From an uncultured Actinomycetes bacterium (lineage in GTDB: Bacteria > Actinomycetota > Actinomycetes > Streptosporangiales > Streptosporangiaceae): a DNA stretch of 64,000 nucleotides. The notes beneath the pieces are model-generated. The model did no database searches. It was not told where the DNA came from and saw only the letters and a program-made list of their open reading frames with translations. Below, one piece after another: positions 1-11,757 of the stretch. The DNA is taken from contig CAWGJL010000016.1 of assembly GCA_963822765.1 (NCBI GenBank), forward strand, positions 79,158 through 143,157, read 5' to 3'. Positions within the stretch are counted from its first letter, which is position 1; each line of letters opens with the position of its first letter. Both the position numbers and the translations under genes were made by a program.

Positions 1-430
1 CAACGTCGCCATGGTGCACGAGCACTCCAGGCTCGGCGCGGCCACGCGCAGGAAGGACGTCCTGGACGCCCTCGACTTCACCGGCCTGGGTGCCGTGTCG
101 CCGGACGCCAGGGTCCGCACGCTCACCGCCGGCCAGCGCCGGCTGGTCGAGGTCGCCCGCGCGGTCGTCGGCCGCCCGAGACTGGTCCTGCTCGACGAGC
201 CCGCCGCCGGCCTGCCCGACGAGGAGACCAGCCACCTCGGCGACGTCATCCGCGCCATCCCCGAACACACCGGCGCGCTGACCATCCTGGTCGACCACGA
301 TATGAGCCTGGTCTCGGCCTGCTGCACGACCACCGCCGTGCTCGACTTCGGCAAGCTGATCGCCTCCGGCCCGACCGCCGCCGTGCTCCGCAACGACGAC
401 GTGATCCGCGCCTACCTGGGGGTCGCGTGA
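1..430 (+). CDS. livG: Branched-chain amino acid ABC transporter ATP-binding protein, LivG-like (5' end outside window)
   Basis: C-terminal half of an ABC ATPase: signature LTAGQRRLVEVARA, Walker B LVLLDEPAAGL, H-loop ILVDHDM, LivG-type tail VIRAYLG. The frame is open to base 2. Its stop overlaps the next start (GTGA at 427-430). Confidence 0.85.
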   Translation, partial: NVAMVHEHSRLGAATRRKDVLDALDFTGLGAVSPDARVRTLTAGQRRLVEVARAVVGRPRLVLLDEPAAGLPDEETSHLGDVIRAIPEHTGALTILVDHDMSLVSACCTTTAVLDFGKLIASGPTAAVLRNDDVIRAYLGVA

Positions 431-1197
431 CCGCCCTGGCCATCACCAACCTGACCGTCGAGCGCGGCGGCCGCGCCGTGGTGAAGGACGTCAGCCTCGA
501 GATCCCGGCCGGCCAGGTTACCGCCCTCCTCGGCCCGAACGGCGCGGGCAAGTCCACCCTGGTCCTGTCCGTCGGCGGCGTCCTGAAGCCCAAGGCCGGC
601 GAGGTCCTCCTCGAGGGCACCGCCATCACCGGCCGCCGCCCCGAGCGCATCCGCCAGGCCGGCGTCGCGATCGTCCCCGAGGGCCGCCGCCTGCTCCCCG
701 ACCTGACCGTCGAGGACAACCTCCGGGTGGCCAGCTACGCCTTGACCAAAGAGCAGGCCCAGGCGGGCCGGGCCAAGGTCCTGGAGCTGTTCCCCCAGCT
801 AGACCAGCGCCTGTCCGCGCTGGCCCGCACCCTGTCCGGCGGCGAGCAGCAGATGGTCGTGCTGGCCCAGGCGCTGATCGCCCAGCCGCGCTACATGCTG
901 ATCGACGAGCTGTCGCTGGGCCTGGCCCCGGTGGTGGTCAGCCGGCTGATCCCGGTCATCGCCGCCATCGCCGGGGACGGCACCGGCGTGCTGCTCATCG
1001 AGCAGTTCGCCACCGTGGCCCTGGGCCTGGCCAACCACGCCCACGTCATGGAGGGCGGCCGGATCCGCTTCTCCGGCCCCGCCAGCGAGCTCCGCGCCCA
1101 CCCCGAACTCCTCCAGTCCGCCTACCTCCTGCGCGGCAGCCCGGACCAGCCGGCCGCCGTACCGCCCCCGCCCGCCGTAGCTCCCTCCGCCGAATGA
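427..1197 (+). CDS. livF: Branched-chain amino acid ABC transporter ATP-binding protein, LivF-like
   Basis: Walker A GPNGAGKST, signature LSGGEQQM, Walker B MLIDELSLGL. Translationally coupled to the upstream LivG-like gene. Confidence 0.9.
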   Translation: MTALAITNLTVERGGRAVVKDVSLEIPAGQVTALLGPNGAGKSTLVLSVGGVLKPKAGEVLLEGTAITGRRPERIRQAGVAIVPEGRRLLPDLTVEDNLRVASYALTKEQAQAGRAKVLELFPQLDQRLSALARTLSGGEQQMVVLAQALIAQPRYMLIDELSLGLAPVVVSRLIPVIAAIAGDGTGVLLIEQFATVALGLANHAHVMEGGRIRFSGPASELRAHPELLQSAYLLRGSPDQPAAVPPPPAVAPSAE

Positions 1198-1245
1198 AAC
1201 CCGGGTTTCACCAGGTTCTAGCAAAGTGGATCCCGGGTTTCATTC
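1193..1245 (+). terminator. Hairpin between convergent livF and GH2 genes (member of a repeated palindromic element)
   Basis: 14-bp inverted repeat GAATGAAACCCGGG (1193-1206) / CCCGGGTTTCATTC (1232-1245). It begins in the livF stop codon and is followed by TTGAAAAATTT. It also contains the internal palindrome TGAAACCCGGGTTTCA. Confidence 0.5.
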
Positions 1246-1259
1246 TTGAAAAATTTGTG

Positions 1260-1279
1260 CCGAACGGACCGTGGTACCC
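1260..1279 (+). repeat. Copy 1 of conserved 20-nt intergenic motif CCGAACGGACCGTGGTACCC
   Basis: Preceded by the A/T-rich run TTGAAAAATTTGTG. Near-identical copies at 8341, 23163 and 50609, all in the same orientation. Confidence 0.6.
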
Positions 1280-1294
1280 GCCCCCGGCCCCTTG

Positions 1295-1381
1295 ACCCGC
1301 CAGCCCGACGGTAAAGCTGGCTCACCCGCCAGCCCCACGGTAAAGCTGGCTCACCCGCCAGCCCGACGGTGAAGCTGGCCG
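1295..1381. repeat. 29-bp tandem repeat x3 at the 3' end of the GH2 gene
   Basis: Units acccgccagcccgacggtaaagctggctc (1295-1323), 1324-1352 (1 mismatch) and 1353-1381 (3 mismatches). The unit length is not a multiple of 3, so each copy is read in a different frame. Confidence 0.9.
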
Positions 1382-2344
1382 GGACCGCGGCCAGCGTGTG
1401 CCAGGCCGGCACGGGGGGCCCGCACGACGCGCTGCCCAGCCCGTGCTGCGCCGCGTCCAGGTGCAGGTGGATCCGCCCGTCCGGCCGCAGGTCGCAGGTG
1501 TGCCGGGCCGCGGTCAGCGCCGCGGTGCTCCACGGCCGGGCCGTCACGTCGATCACCGGGTCACCGAAGATGCTCAGCGTGGCCCCGTCGGCGCGGGTCA
1601 GCCGCGCCCAGCGCACCGCCCGCCGGTTCCCGTTCTCCTGCGGCCGCACGTACGGCGTCTGCAGCTCCGCGAGCGTGCGCCGGTAGCGCCCCACCCGCAC
1701 CGCGCTCTCGCTGTCCCGGTACGCCTCACCCGGCCCGAGCCCGAACCACTCAAGCTCCCCCTCCTCCCCGGCCACGCTGAGCGCCACCCCGAGCCGCGGT
1801 AGCGGCACATCCCAGCTGCCCCGCGGCGTCACCGCCACCGTCAGCCACAGCCGCTCCGCCGCCGCGCTCCACCGGTAGACCACGTCCAGCCCGAGCCCCG
1901 TCCCCGCCGCCCCCACCCGGGTCCGCACCGTCAGCCCCGCACCGTCCGCCTCGACCCCGAGCACCTTGTGCTGCAGCCGGTCCAGCCCCGCCCGCCGCCA
2001 CCCCCGCACCAGCGGCCGGTCGTTGTCGACCGGCGCCCGCCACACCTCCAGCCGCGGCCCGTCCACCTCGATCCCGCCCAGCCCGATCAGCTCCCCGCTC
2101 CGCCCGTCAAACCGCCCCACCCCCAGCAAGACCGTGTCCCCGTCCACCCCCGCGCCCGCCGCCACCCCCGTCGCCCCAGGCCCCCCAGCCGCCTCGCGCG
2201 TCCCAGACCCGCCGATCCGCTCCTGCGCCCACGCGACCTCATGCCCCGCCGCCGCCCACGACTCCGCCTCACCCGTGACCGCGCTGACCGTGAGCCAGAC
2301 CTCCCCCGCCCCCGCCCCCGCCCCCGCCCCCGCCCCCACGCCTA

Positions 2345-4285
<1,941 letters not shown>

Positions 4286-4342
4286 CTAAGCACCCGCACC
4301 GCGCCGGTGTCCGACCGCCCGATCCGCGCGGCACCTCCGGCC

Positions 4343-4436
4343 GACCGCGCGCCGCACCTCCGCCGGGACCGCGCACCGCACCTCCGCCGGGACCGCGCAC
4401 CGCACTCCGCCGGGACCGCGCACCGCACTCCGCCGG
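4343..4436. repeat. 23-24-bp tandem repeat x4 in a divergent intergenic region
   Basis: Units gaccgcgc(g/a)ccgcac(c)tccgccgg at 4343-4366, 4367-4390, 4391-4413 and 4414-4436, with a degenerate partial copy just upstream. Confidence 0.9.
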
Positions 4437-4635
4437 ACCCCGCCTGGCGCCCCGCCAGACAGAGAAACCAAAGATCAAATTTTCCGGAAAAAAATTGCTA
4501 GTTTTATATTTCAAGAGTAGCCTGAGGGCAGGACACCGAGGAAGCAGCAGCCGAAGGCCGCGAGGCAAGCCCGGGTCCGCAAGGGAGTCGGCCAGCGTCC
4601 TCGCGGCCCCGCTCCACTCCGGAAGAAGCCGTGTC

Positions 4636-5007
4636 ATGACCGAAACACCCGCGCCACAAAGCACCACCAGAACGCTGCCGCCCCCCTCACCCAACGGCTC
4701 TGCCCCGCCGCCCCCGACCGCTCCCCAATCGCCCCCGCGCCGGCCCGCGCGTACCCGGATCAGCGGCCTGCGTACCGGCCTGATCGCAGGCATCGCGATC
4801 CTGATCGTGGTGCTGATCTTCATCATCCAGAATGCCCACGCGGTGAACATCAGCTTCCTGGGCGCGCACCTGCACCTGTCGCTAGCCGTGGCGCTGCTCC
4901 TGGCCGCCATCGCGGGCGCCCTGGCGATGGCCGCCGTCGGAACCGCCCGGATCACCCAGCTGCGCCGGATCATGCGACGCAACCGGCGCAACTCGCAGGC
5001 CAGCTAA
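4636..5007 (+). CDS. LapA/DUF1049-domain small membrane protein
   Basis: Pro-rich N-terminus, then two TM helices flanking NAHAVNISFLG and a basic tail. ATG at 4636. The longer ORF from 4021 is an Arg/Pro-rich shadow. Confidence 0.65.
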   Translation: MTETPAPQSTTRTLPPPSPNGSAPPPPTAPQSPPRRPARTRISGLRTGLIAGIAILIVVLIFIIQNAHAVNISFLGAHLHLSLAVALLLAAIAGALAMAAVGTARITQLRRIMRRNRRNSQAS

Positions 5008-5084
5008 GCAACCCGGCCAATCACGCCCCCAGTACGTCCCCGGCCAGTCCCGCACCCCGTACGTCACTGACTTAGGAGTCGGTT

Positions 5085-5372
5085 ATGGGCATCATCGCCT
5101 GGATCGTTCTCGGCCTCGTCGCCGGGCTGCTCGCCAACATGCTGATCCCCGGCAAAAGATCGCAAGGCCTCATCCTGACCTGCGTGATCGGCATCGCCGG
5201 GGCGCTCGGCGGCGGCTGGGCGGCCACCGAACTGTTCCACGTCCACACGCTGCACGGGTTCTTCAACCTGTCCACCTGGCTCACCGCCATCGCCGGATCG
5301 GCCGTCCTGCTGCTGGCCAGCCACTTGCTCACCAGGAACAACGGCAGATCCCGCCGGTTCGCGCACCGCTAA
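5085..5372 (+). CDS. GlsB/YeaQ/YmgE family (transglycosylase-associated) stress membrane protein
   Basis: MGIIAWIVLGLVAGLLANMLIPG and IGIAGALGGGW are typical of the family. 95 aa with three TM segments. Confidence 0.85.
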   Translation: MGIIAWIVLGLVAGLLANMLIPGKRSQGLILTCVIGIAGALGGGWAATELFHVHTLHGFFNLSTWLTAIAGSAVLLLASHLLTRNNGRSRRFAHR

Positions 5373-5517
5373 CACGCGCCACCGGGCAGGCAGGCGGGGC
5401 AGGAGTGTCCGGTAACCGTGCCGCGCCAGCCCCGCCCGACCGCCGCCGGCCAGTCCCGCCCGACCGCCCGCCCCCGGCAAGGGCCGCAATGGCACGACCC
5501 CGCGAGCTAAGTCAAAA

Positions 5518-8271
5518 TCAGCGCTCCTGCTGGCCGACCAGCAGCACCACGTCGCCGATCGAGCGCACCATGCCGTGCCGCCGCCGGATGATGTCGGCGA
5601 TGATCCCGGTCCACCCGGTCTGGTGCCAGGCACCGAGCGCCGCGGCGTTGTCGCCGTGGAAGTACTCGGCGAACACCAGGTTGTCCCGCCAGGCCGGATC
5701 GGACTGCAAAAGCGAAACGGAACCGAAGCACGGCCGCTGGGCGTCGGGCCCGCGGGTGAAGATCGAGATGAGCCGGTCCTGCAGGTCGGCGGCCACCTTG
5801 TCCAGGGTCAGCTGGTTCCCCGATCCGGTCGGGTACTCGATGGTGAAGTCGTCGCCGAAGAACCGGTGGTACCGCTCCAGGGAGGCAATCACCAGGTAGT
5901 TCAGCGGGAACCAGACCGGCCCGCGCCAGTTGGAGTTCCCGCCGAACAGGGCCGTGGTGGACTCCGCGGGCTCATAGTCGATGCTCGCCGTGACGCCCTC
6001 CACGGAAAGCGAGTACGGATGGGACCGGTGGTAGGCCGACAGTGCCCGCAGCCCGTGCGCGGACAAGAACTCGTTCTCGTCGAACAGCCGCTCCAGCAGC
6101 CGCTTCAGCCGGTCCGGCCCGCACAGCGACAGCAGCAGCCGCTCCTGGCCGCCCAGCCCGCGCAGCACGCCGCGCGAGCGCATCGCGTCGGTGTCGGCCA
6201 GCTTCTCGCGCCCGAGCAGGTCCGCGAACTGCTTGCCCAGCACCAGCGCCTGCCGCAGGTCGTCCTCGCCGACCACGGCGGCGGCCAGCAGCGGGATCAT
6301 CCCCACCATCGACCTGACCTTGATCGGCACCTGCTCACCGGACGGCGTGACCAGCCGGTCGTAGTAGAACCCGTCGTCGTCATCCCACAGGCCCTGGCTG
6401 TCCAGCGCGTCGCGGATGGCGGCGAAGTGCTCCAGGAACTTGACCACCAGATCCGACGCCGGCCGCTGCCCGCTCTGCGCCAGCACGGTGGCGATCCCGC
6501 CCAGCGCGATCGCGTAGAAGCCCATCCACCCGGTGGCGTCGGACTGCTCCAGGATCCCGCCGACGGGCAGCTTGGACCGGTCCAGCGGCCCGATGTTGTC
6601 CAGGCCGAGGAAGCCGCCCTCGTAGACGTTCTTCCCGCCCGCGTCTTCCAGGTTGACCCACCAGGTGAAGTTGACCAGGAGCTTGTCGAACACCCGGGAC
6701 AGGAACTCCACGTCGCGGCCGTCATCGACGGCGAACACCTCCAGCGCCGCCCAGGCCTGCACCGGCGGGTTGACGTCGGAGAAGTTCCACTCGTACGCGG
6801 GCAGCGTCCCGCTCGGATGCTGGAACCACTCCCGGCACAGCAGGATCAGCTGGTACTTGGCGAAGGCCGGGTCCACGTGCGCCAGCGCGACGCAGTGGAA
6901 GCCCAGGTCCCACGCGGCGAACCAGGGGTACTCCCACTTGTCCGGCATCGACATGATGTCGAACGCGTCGAAGTTGCGCCAGCGCGAGTTACGCCCGGTC
7001 ATGCGTGCCGCAGGCGGAGCGGGCTGGCCCGGGTCGCCGTCCAGCCACCGCGCCACGTCGTAGTAGAACAGCTGCTTGCTCCACAGCATCCCGGCGAAGG
7101 CCTGCCGCATGACCAGCGCCTCGTCCTCGGAGGCCTCGCGCGGCGTCAGCTCGGCGTAGAACTCGTCGGCCTCGGCCCGCCTCCTGGCCACCACCTGGTC
7201 GAACTCAGCCCCCAGCGCCTCGGCCGCCGCGCCAGGCACCGGCACCGCCGAGCCCAGGGCCGCGGCGGCGGGGCCGTCGGAGGACGCGGGCCGCAGCCTC
7301 AGCCGCAGCTCCGCCGAAGCCCCGCCGGCCAGCGTGAGCTGGTACCAGAACGCGCACTTGGTTCCGGTGCGGCCCGGGTTGACCGTGGGTGCCCCGGTGA
7401 TCACGTGGTCGTTGATGCCGTCCTTGGGGTAGGGCGTGAGCGGCGCCGCGCCGTACAAGCGGGCCACGTTCGTGTCGTTCTCGCAGAACAGCGCGGCGGG
7501 CTTGGCCCCGTCCGGCCCGGGCCCGGCGATCAGCTCCAGCTCGCCCACGAACGGATGCTCGATGGTCACCACCGACGGGTCCGAGGTGGCCGCCCCGAGC
7601 ACCGGCTGCGCCGGGTCGTCCCCCCAGGACCAGGTGTTGCGGAACCAGGCCGTGGGCAGCACGTGCAGGGTCGCGGGGTCCGGGCCCGCGTTGGTCACCG
7701 AGATCGTCATCAGCAGGTCGTCCGGCGACGCCTTGGCGTAGTGCACCTCGGTGATCCAGTACCGGTTGCCGTCGAACGCGCCCGTGTCCAGCAGCTCGTA
7801 CTCCGGCTCCAGCCTGCTGCGGGACGCGTTCACGTCGATCAGGTCCTGGTACGGGAACGGCCCCTGCGGGTAGTGGTAGCGCCACCGGTTCCAGGCGTGG
7901 CTGGGGATGGCGTCCAGGTACCACCAGTGCTCCTTGACGTCCTCGCCGTGGTTGCCCTGCCCGCCGGTCAGCCCGAAGGCCCGCTCCTTGAGGATCGGGT
8001 CACGCCCGTTCCACAGCGCCAGGCCCAGGCAGAGCCGCTGCTCGACGTCGCAGAACCCGGCCAGCCCGTCCTCGCCCCACCGGTAGGCCCGCGACCGGGC
8101 CTGATCGTGCGGCAGGTAGTTCCACGCGTCACCGTCGGCGCTGTAGTCCTCACGGACCGTGCCCCACTGGCGCTCGCTCACGTAGGGCCCCCACCGGTAC
8201 CAGTCGCCGGCCTGCCGCAGCCCGTTCTCGAGCTTCCCGAATTCGTCGACCCGCTCACGCTCAGCGCCCAT
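5518..8271 (-). CDS. GH63-like (six-hairpin) glucosidase, about 917 aa
   Basis: N-terminal [21 protein letters not shown]...RAYRWGEDG and the central [11 protein letters not shown] / [13 protein letters not shown] motifs recall actinobacterial MOGS/GH63-family proteins. Confidence 0.75.
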   Translation of the reverse strand: MGAERERVDEFGKLENGLRQAGDWYRWGPYVSERQWGTVREDYSADGDAWNYLPHDQARSRAYRWGEDGLAGFCDVEQRLCLGLALWNGRDPILKERAFGLTGGQGNHGEDVKEHWWYLDAIPSHAWNRWRYHYPQGPFPYQDLIDVNASRSRLEPEYELLDTGAFDGNRYWITEVHYAKASPDDLLMTISVTNAGPDPATLHVLPTAWFRNTWSWGDDPAQPVLGAATSDPSVVTIEHPFVGELELIAGPGPDGAKPAALFCENDTNVARLYGAAPLTPYPKDGINDHVITGAPTVNPGRTGTKCAFWYQLTLAGGASAELRLRLRPASSDGPAAAALGSAVPVPGAAAEALGAEFDQVVARRRAEADEFYAELTPREASEDEALVMRQAFAGMLWSKQLFYYDVARWLDGDPGQPAPPAARMTGRNSRWRNFDAFDIMSMPDKWEYPWFAAWDLGFHCVALAHVDPAFAKYQLILLCREWFQHPSGTLPAYEWNFSDVNPPVQAWAALEVFAVDDGRDVEFLSRVFDKLLVNFTWWVNLEDAGGKNVYEGGFLGLDNIGPLDRSKLPVGGILEQSDATGWMGFYAIALGGIATVLAQSGQRPASDLVVKFLEHFAAIRDALDSQGLWDDDDGFYYDRLVTPSGEQVPIKVRSMVGMIPLLAAAVVGEDDLRQALVLGKQFADLLGREKLADTDAMRSRGVLRGLGGQERLLLSLCGPDRLKRLLERLFDENEFLSAHGLRALSAYHRSHPYSLSVEGVTASIDYEPAESTTALFGGNSNWRGPVWFPLNYLVIASLERYHRFFGDDFTIEYPTGSGNQLTLDKVAADLQDRLISIFTRGPDAQRPCFGSVSLLQSDPAWRDNLVFAEYFHGDNAAALGAWHQTGWTGIIADIIRRRHGMVRSIGDVVLLVGQQER

Positions 8272-8340
8272 CGGTGCCCTCTCCTCGGTCCGGGTCCTCG
8301 CCGTAGGCCTGTGTCACCGCCGTAGGCTTTCCTTTTTTAT

Positions 8341-8360
8341 CCGAACGAACCGTGGTACCA
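8341..8360 (+). repeat. Copy 2 of conserved 20-nt motif (CCGAACGAACCGTGGTACCA)
   Basis: Preceded by CTTTCCTTTTTTAT. Lies 70-90 nt upstream of the GH63 start codon, on the opposite strand. Confidence 0.6.
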
Positions 8361-8516
8361 CCGCCCGGGTCCCCGCCCCGGCCACCTGGCGGGACCACCC
8401 TGGTCAGGTGCTAGGCGCCGGGGGCGAGCCGCGCCTCATCCCGATAGCGGCCTCGACGTCGTGCACGATATATCGGACGCTGACCGTGGCCATGGGTACG
8501 AAACTACCAGCGTCCC

Positions 8517-8536
8517 GGCCGCCTGATCAGGCGGCC
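8517..8536 (-). terminator. 20-bp perfect palindrome overlapping the SGNH lipase stop codon
   Basis: GGCCGCCTGATCAGGCGGCC. The stop codon (tca, 8527-8529) lies inside it. There is no strong U-tract. Confidence 0.35.
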
Positions 8537-9357
8537 CGGCTGAAGACGGGCAGGTAGCCGAGTTCCTGCCCGGCGGCGGTGGGGTGGTAGGACGAGCTGA
8601 TCGCGAAGATGTCCACCGAGTGCAGCCAGCTGCCGGAGTCGCAGATCTCGTGCCCGGAGAACTGCCCGCGGACGTCGGCGAACGTGTCGTGATTGGCTGC
8701 CGCGGCGGCCTGCAGGGCGTTGTCGAGGTCGTCGGCGCCGTGGTTGAGTGCGGTGCGGTCCTTGGTGCTCAGCCCGATGCACGTGCTGGACTTGGACAGG
8801 TCGTACAGGTCCGGGTAGCCGAGCACGACGACCGCCGCCGACGGCGCGTCGGCCCTGATCGTGGTCAGGGTCTTGGCCAGCAGGGCCGGCAGCTGACTGG
8901 CGACGAACGCCTCGGCCTTCGCCACCGCGTTCAGGCAGGTGCTGGTCGAGGAGAGCACGCAGGTCTCCATCACGCTGGAGAAGCCCGCGTCGTTGCCGCC
9001 GATCGTGATGCTGACCAGCGTGGTGCTCGTGCTCAGCGCCGACACCTGGCTGTTGATGACGTCGGCCGTGGTCGCGCCCGCGCACGCCACCGAGGTAAAG
9101 GCGGCGGGGGAGTTGGCCGCGGCCCATTGCTCCGGATAGGCGTTTGTACTGCGATCGCAGCTTCCGCTGGACGAGATGTAATCACCGGCACCGAGTCCGG
9201 AGCTGTAGGAATCGCCGAGCGCCACGTAATTGACCGTGGTTGCCGCCCTGGCCGCGGTCGCCGTGACCAGGGCAGCCGAGGCCGCGCCAGCCACAACCGC
9301 CGCGCTGAGAACAATCCGGAAAGTACGCGCGAATTCACCCACGGTTACTTGTACCAC
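8527..9357 (-). CDS. Secreted SGNH/GDSL-family lipase/esterase
   Basis: Signal-like N-terminus, block I ALGDSYSSG, block III GGND, C-terminal catalytic SYHPT. Cys pairs typical of Streptomyces-type SGNH lipases. Confidence 0.9.
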   Translation of the reverse strand: MVQVTVGEFARTFRIVLSAAVVAGAASAALVTATAARAATTVNYVALGDSYSSGLGAGDYISSSGSCDRSTNAYPEQWAAANSPAAFTSVACAGATTADVINSQVSALSTSTTLVSITIGGNDAGFSSVMETCVLSSTSTCLNAVAKAEAFVASQLPALLAKTLTTIRADAPSAAVVVLGYPDLYDLSKSSTCIGLSTKDRTALNHGADDLDNALQAAAAANHDTFADVRGQFSGHEICDSGSWLHSVDIFAISSSYHPTAAGQELGYLPVFSRAA

Positions 9358-9431
9358 GAGCCGGCCGGCAGATCAATATTCAACCATCGCGGCCCAGGCC
9401 GGCGTCCCTGGCCAGCTCGTCCCGGTCAGGC

Positions 9432-10283
9432 TCAGCCTCCATCAGCGCCTCTCAGCATCTCGAGCAGTTCGTCAACGCCCCGCACGCGCAGGTGCGGCCG
9501 CCGCGACACGGGCAGCGTGTCGTAGGCGGCCGCGGCCCCCAGCCCGGTTTGCACGGCGATGGCCAGCGACCGGCCCCGGTGCGCCATCGGCACCTCGAGC
9601 TGCGGGTCGTCGCCCACCACGGCCAGCCGGGCCGGGCTGGCCCCGAGCCGCTCCGCCGCGCTGCGCAGCGCGTCCAGCGACGGCTTGCCCACGACCCGCA
9701 CCGCGCACCCGGTCAGCGAGGTGATCATGGCCGAGATGGCCCGGGAGGTGCCGAGCGCCCGGCCGCCGTCCACCGCGAAGAACGGTGTCTGCGAGGCGCT
9801 GTACAGCGTGGCGCCGTCCCACACCGCGTGGCAGGCCGCCTCGAGCGCGGGCATGGTGAACTCGGGGAACCAGCCGGCCAGCACCGCGTCCGCCGCCGTC
9901 CCGACGGCAGGCGGCACCACGTCGAAGCCGGCCTCGGCCAACGGCGAAGTGAGCCCGGGTCCGCCCAGCACCATGACCCGCTCGTGCCCCGCGCGGCGCA
10001 GCACCCGGACCGCGCTGCTGGCCGGCGTCATCATCGCCTCGTCGGGCAGGCCGAAGCCGATCTCCCGCATGGTCCCGGCCAGCCGGGCGGGCGTCCGCGT
10101 GGTCCCGTTGGTGAACACCACGAACGGCAGGCCGCGCCCCGCCACCCAGCTGATGATCTCCACCGCGCCCGGCAGCGGCCGCAGCCCCCGGCCTCCGCGG
10201 TCGCCGAGCACCAGCGTGCCGTCCATGTCGAACACGAAGCCCCGCGCGTGCCGCAGCCTGGCCAGCGGATCATCAACGCGCAT
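9432..10283 (-). CDS. HAD-IIA family hydrolase (NagD-like phosphatase)
   Basis: Motif I FVFDMDGTL, motif II VFTNGT, GKP, motif IV VGDD. The ATG at 10283 overlaps the upstream stop by 11 nt. The longer ORF to 10481 is a shadow. Confidence 0.8.
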   Translation of the reverse strand: MRVDDPLARLRHARGFVFDMDGTLVLGDRGGRGLRPLPGAVEIISWVAGRGLPFVVFTNGTTRTPARLAGTMREIGFGLPDEAMMTPASSAVRVLRRAGHERVMVLGGPGLTSPLAEAGFDVVPPAVGTAADAVLAGWFPEFTMPALEAACHAVWDGATLYSASQTPFFAVDGGRALGTSRAISAMITSLTGCAVRVVGKPSLDALRSAAERLGASPARLAVVGDDPQLEVPMAHRGRSLAIAVQTGLGAAAAYDTLPVSRRPHLRVRGVDELLEMLRGADGG

Positions 10284-11757
10284 GGCCGGGCCCCCGCAGC
10301 TCCAGCCGGAAGCCGGGCTTGTCCACCACCAGCCGCCCCGCCGGCGGCCGGGAGCCGAGCTCGCGCAGCAGCCGCAGGACCGGCTGCACCTCCGGGTGGT
10401 AGTGCCGGGCGGCGGGCGCGGCGGCCAGCATCGCGTCGACCTCCTCGCCCGGCATCCCGAACCGCAGCAGCAGTTCCTCATCGGTGATCCCGCGCGGCAG
10501 CCGCTGCCGCAGCTCGGCCACGGACGCCGGCGGCGGCTCGGCGGCCAGCTCGCGGGCCCGCGGCCGGTCCAGGATGCGGTCGAGCACCCACGGCTCGACG
10601 TCGGCCGTCGGCTTGCCGAAGCTGCCCAGCACGTACCTGATCACCTGGTCCGGAACCACCTCGTACCGGTTTTCGCTGACCACGTTGGCCAGTGCCTGCC
10701 CCATCACCATCTGCGGGAACGGCGTGACCATGATCGGGTAGCCGAGCTCGGCCCGGACCTGGGTCACCTCCTCGATGACCGCCTCGAACCGGTCCTCCAG
10801 CCCGATCTCGGCCAGCTGCCGCCGCAGTGTGGTCAGCACGCCGCCCGCAAGCTGGTGCCGGGCGAACGCCGCGTCGAACGGCCGGGGCTGCCCGGACGGC
10901 AGCGTTTCGGCGGCCGCGAGCCGGTCGAAGTACCGGGCCGCGCGGGCCAGCAGCCGGTCGTCCACGTTCACCGTGTGTCCCAGCTCGCGCAGGTTCGCCA
11001 CCGTGCGTTCGGCGTCGGGCAGCGAAGACCCGTCGGCCAGCGCCCCGCAGGCCACCTGCAGCACCTCCACGCCCAGGTCCGGCGCGGCCAGGTAGACCAG
11101 CGGGGACAGCCCGATCGTGCAGTGCGCGTGCAGCTCCAGCGGCTTGCCGGCCAGCCGCGCCCGCACCGCGGGGATCAGCGTGCGGGCCCGCTCCGGGGTC
11201 AGCAGCCCGGCCGGGTCCTTGATGTAGGCGCGGTCGATGTCCCGCGACGCGGCCGCCTGCCCGGCGATCCCGGCGTAGAACGCGTCGTCGTGGACGGCCG
11301 AGATCGTGTACGTCAGCGCCGCGATGATCTCGGTCCCGCCGGCCTGGCGGATCATCCGCGCGGTGGCCAGCACCGCGCTCATGTCGTGCGTCGGATCGAG
11401 CACCACGAACCGCGAGATCCCGGCCGCGACCAGCCGCTGGTAGACCAGCCGCATCACGTCCGGATGGGCCCGCTCCCAGGAGATGAAGCGGAACCCGGTC
11501 CCGATGAACTGCAGCGGCGTGTCCGGCATCGCGGCCCGGGTGAGCCGGATCCGGTGCCACGGATCCTCCCGGTGGTTCCGCACCGCCACCCCCATGGCCG
11601 TACTCGAGCAGAAGTCCAGCGCCCGGAACCCCACCCGGTTCAGCACCGGCGCGATCTGGGCGATGTGCGCCGTCCGCAGCCCGGTAGCACTCCACAAACT
11701 CTGGTTCCCGTCCCGCAACGACACGTCCACCAGCTGTACCTCACCCACCACCTCCAC
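10273..11757 (-). CDS. Pyruvate carboxylase subunit B / oxaloacetate decarboxylase alpha-type carboxyltransferase (5S, HMGL-like) without a BCCP domain
   Basis: DVSLRDGNQS, IKDPAGLL (carbamyl-Lys motif), ELHAHCTIG, then a PYC_OADA-like C-terminal region. No biotinyl domain at the C-terminus. Confidence 0.85.
   Translation of the reverse strand: MEVVGEVQLVDVSLRDGNQSLWSATGLRTAHIAQIAPVLNRVGFRALDFCSSTAMGVAVRNHREDPWHRIRLTRAAMPDTPLQFIGTGFRFISWERAHPDVMRLVYQRLVAAGISRFVVLDPTHDMSAVLATARMIRQAGGTEIIAALTYTISAVHDDAFYAGIAGQAAASRDIDRAYIKDPAGLLTPERARTLIPAVRARLAGKPLELHAHCTIGLSPLVYLAAPDLGVEVLQVACGALADGSSLPDAERTVANLRELGHTVNVDDRLLARAARYFDRLAAAETLPSGQPRPFDAAFARHQLAGGVLTTLRRQLAEIGLEDRFEAVIEEVTQVRAELGYPIMVTPFPQMVMGQALANVVSENRYEVVPDQVIRYVLGSFGKPTADVEPWVLDRILDRPRARELAAEPPPASVAELRQRLPRGITDEELLLRFGMPGEEVDAMLAAAPAARHYHPEVQPVLRLLRELGSRPPAGRLVVDKPGFRLELRGPGHAR

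Noticed and set aside
5575-8325. 916-aa plus-strand ORF
   Set aside because: It is a mirror image of the GH63-like gene, and its composition (R, P, G, V, Q runs) is not protein-like.
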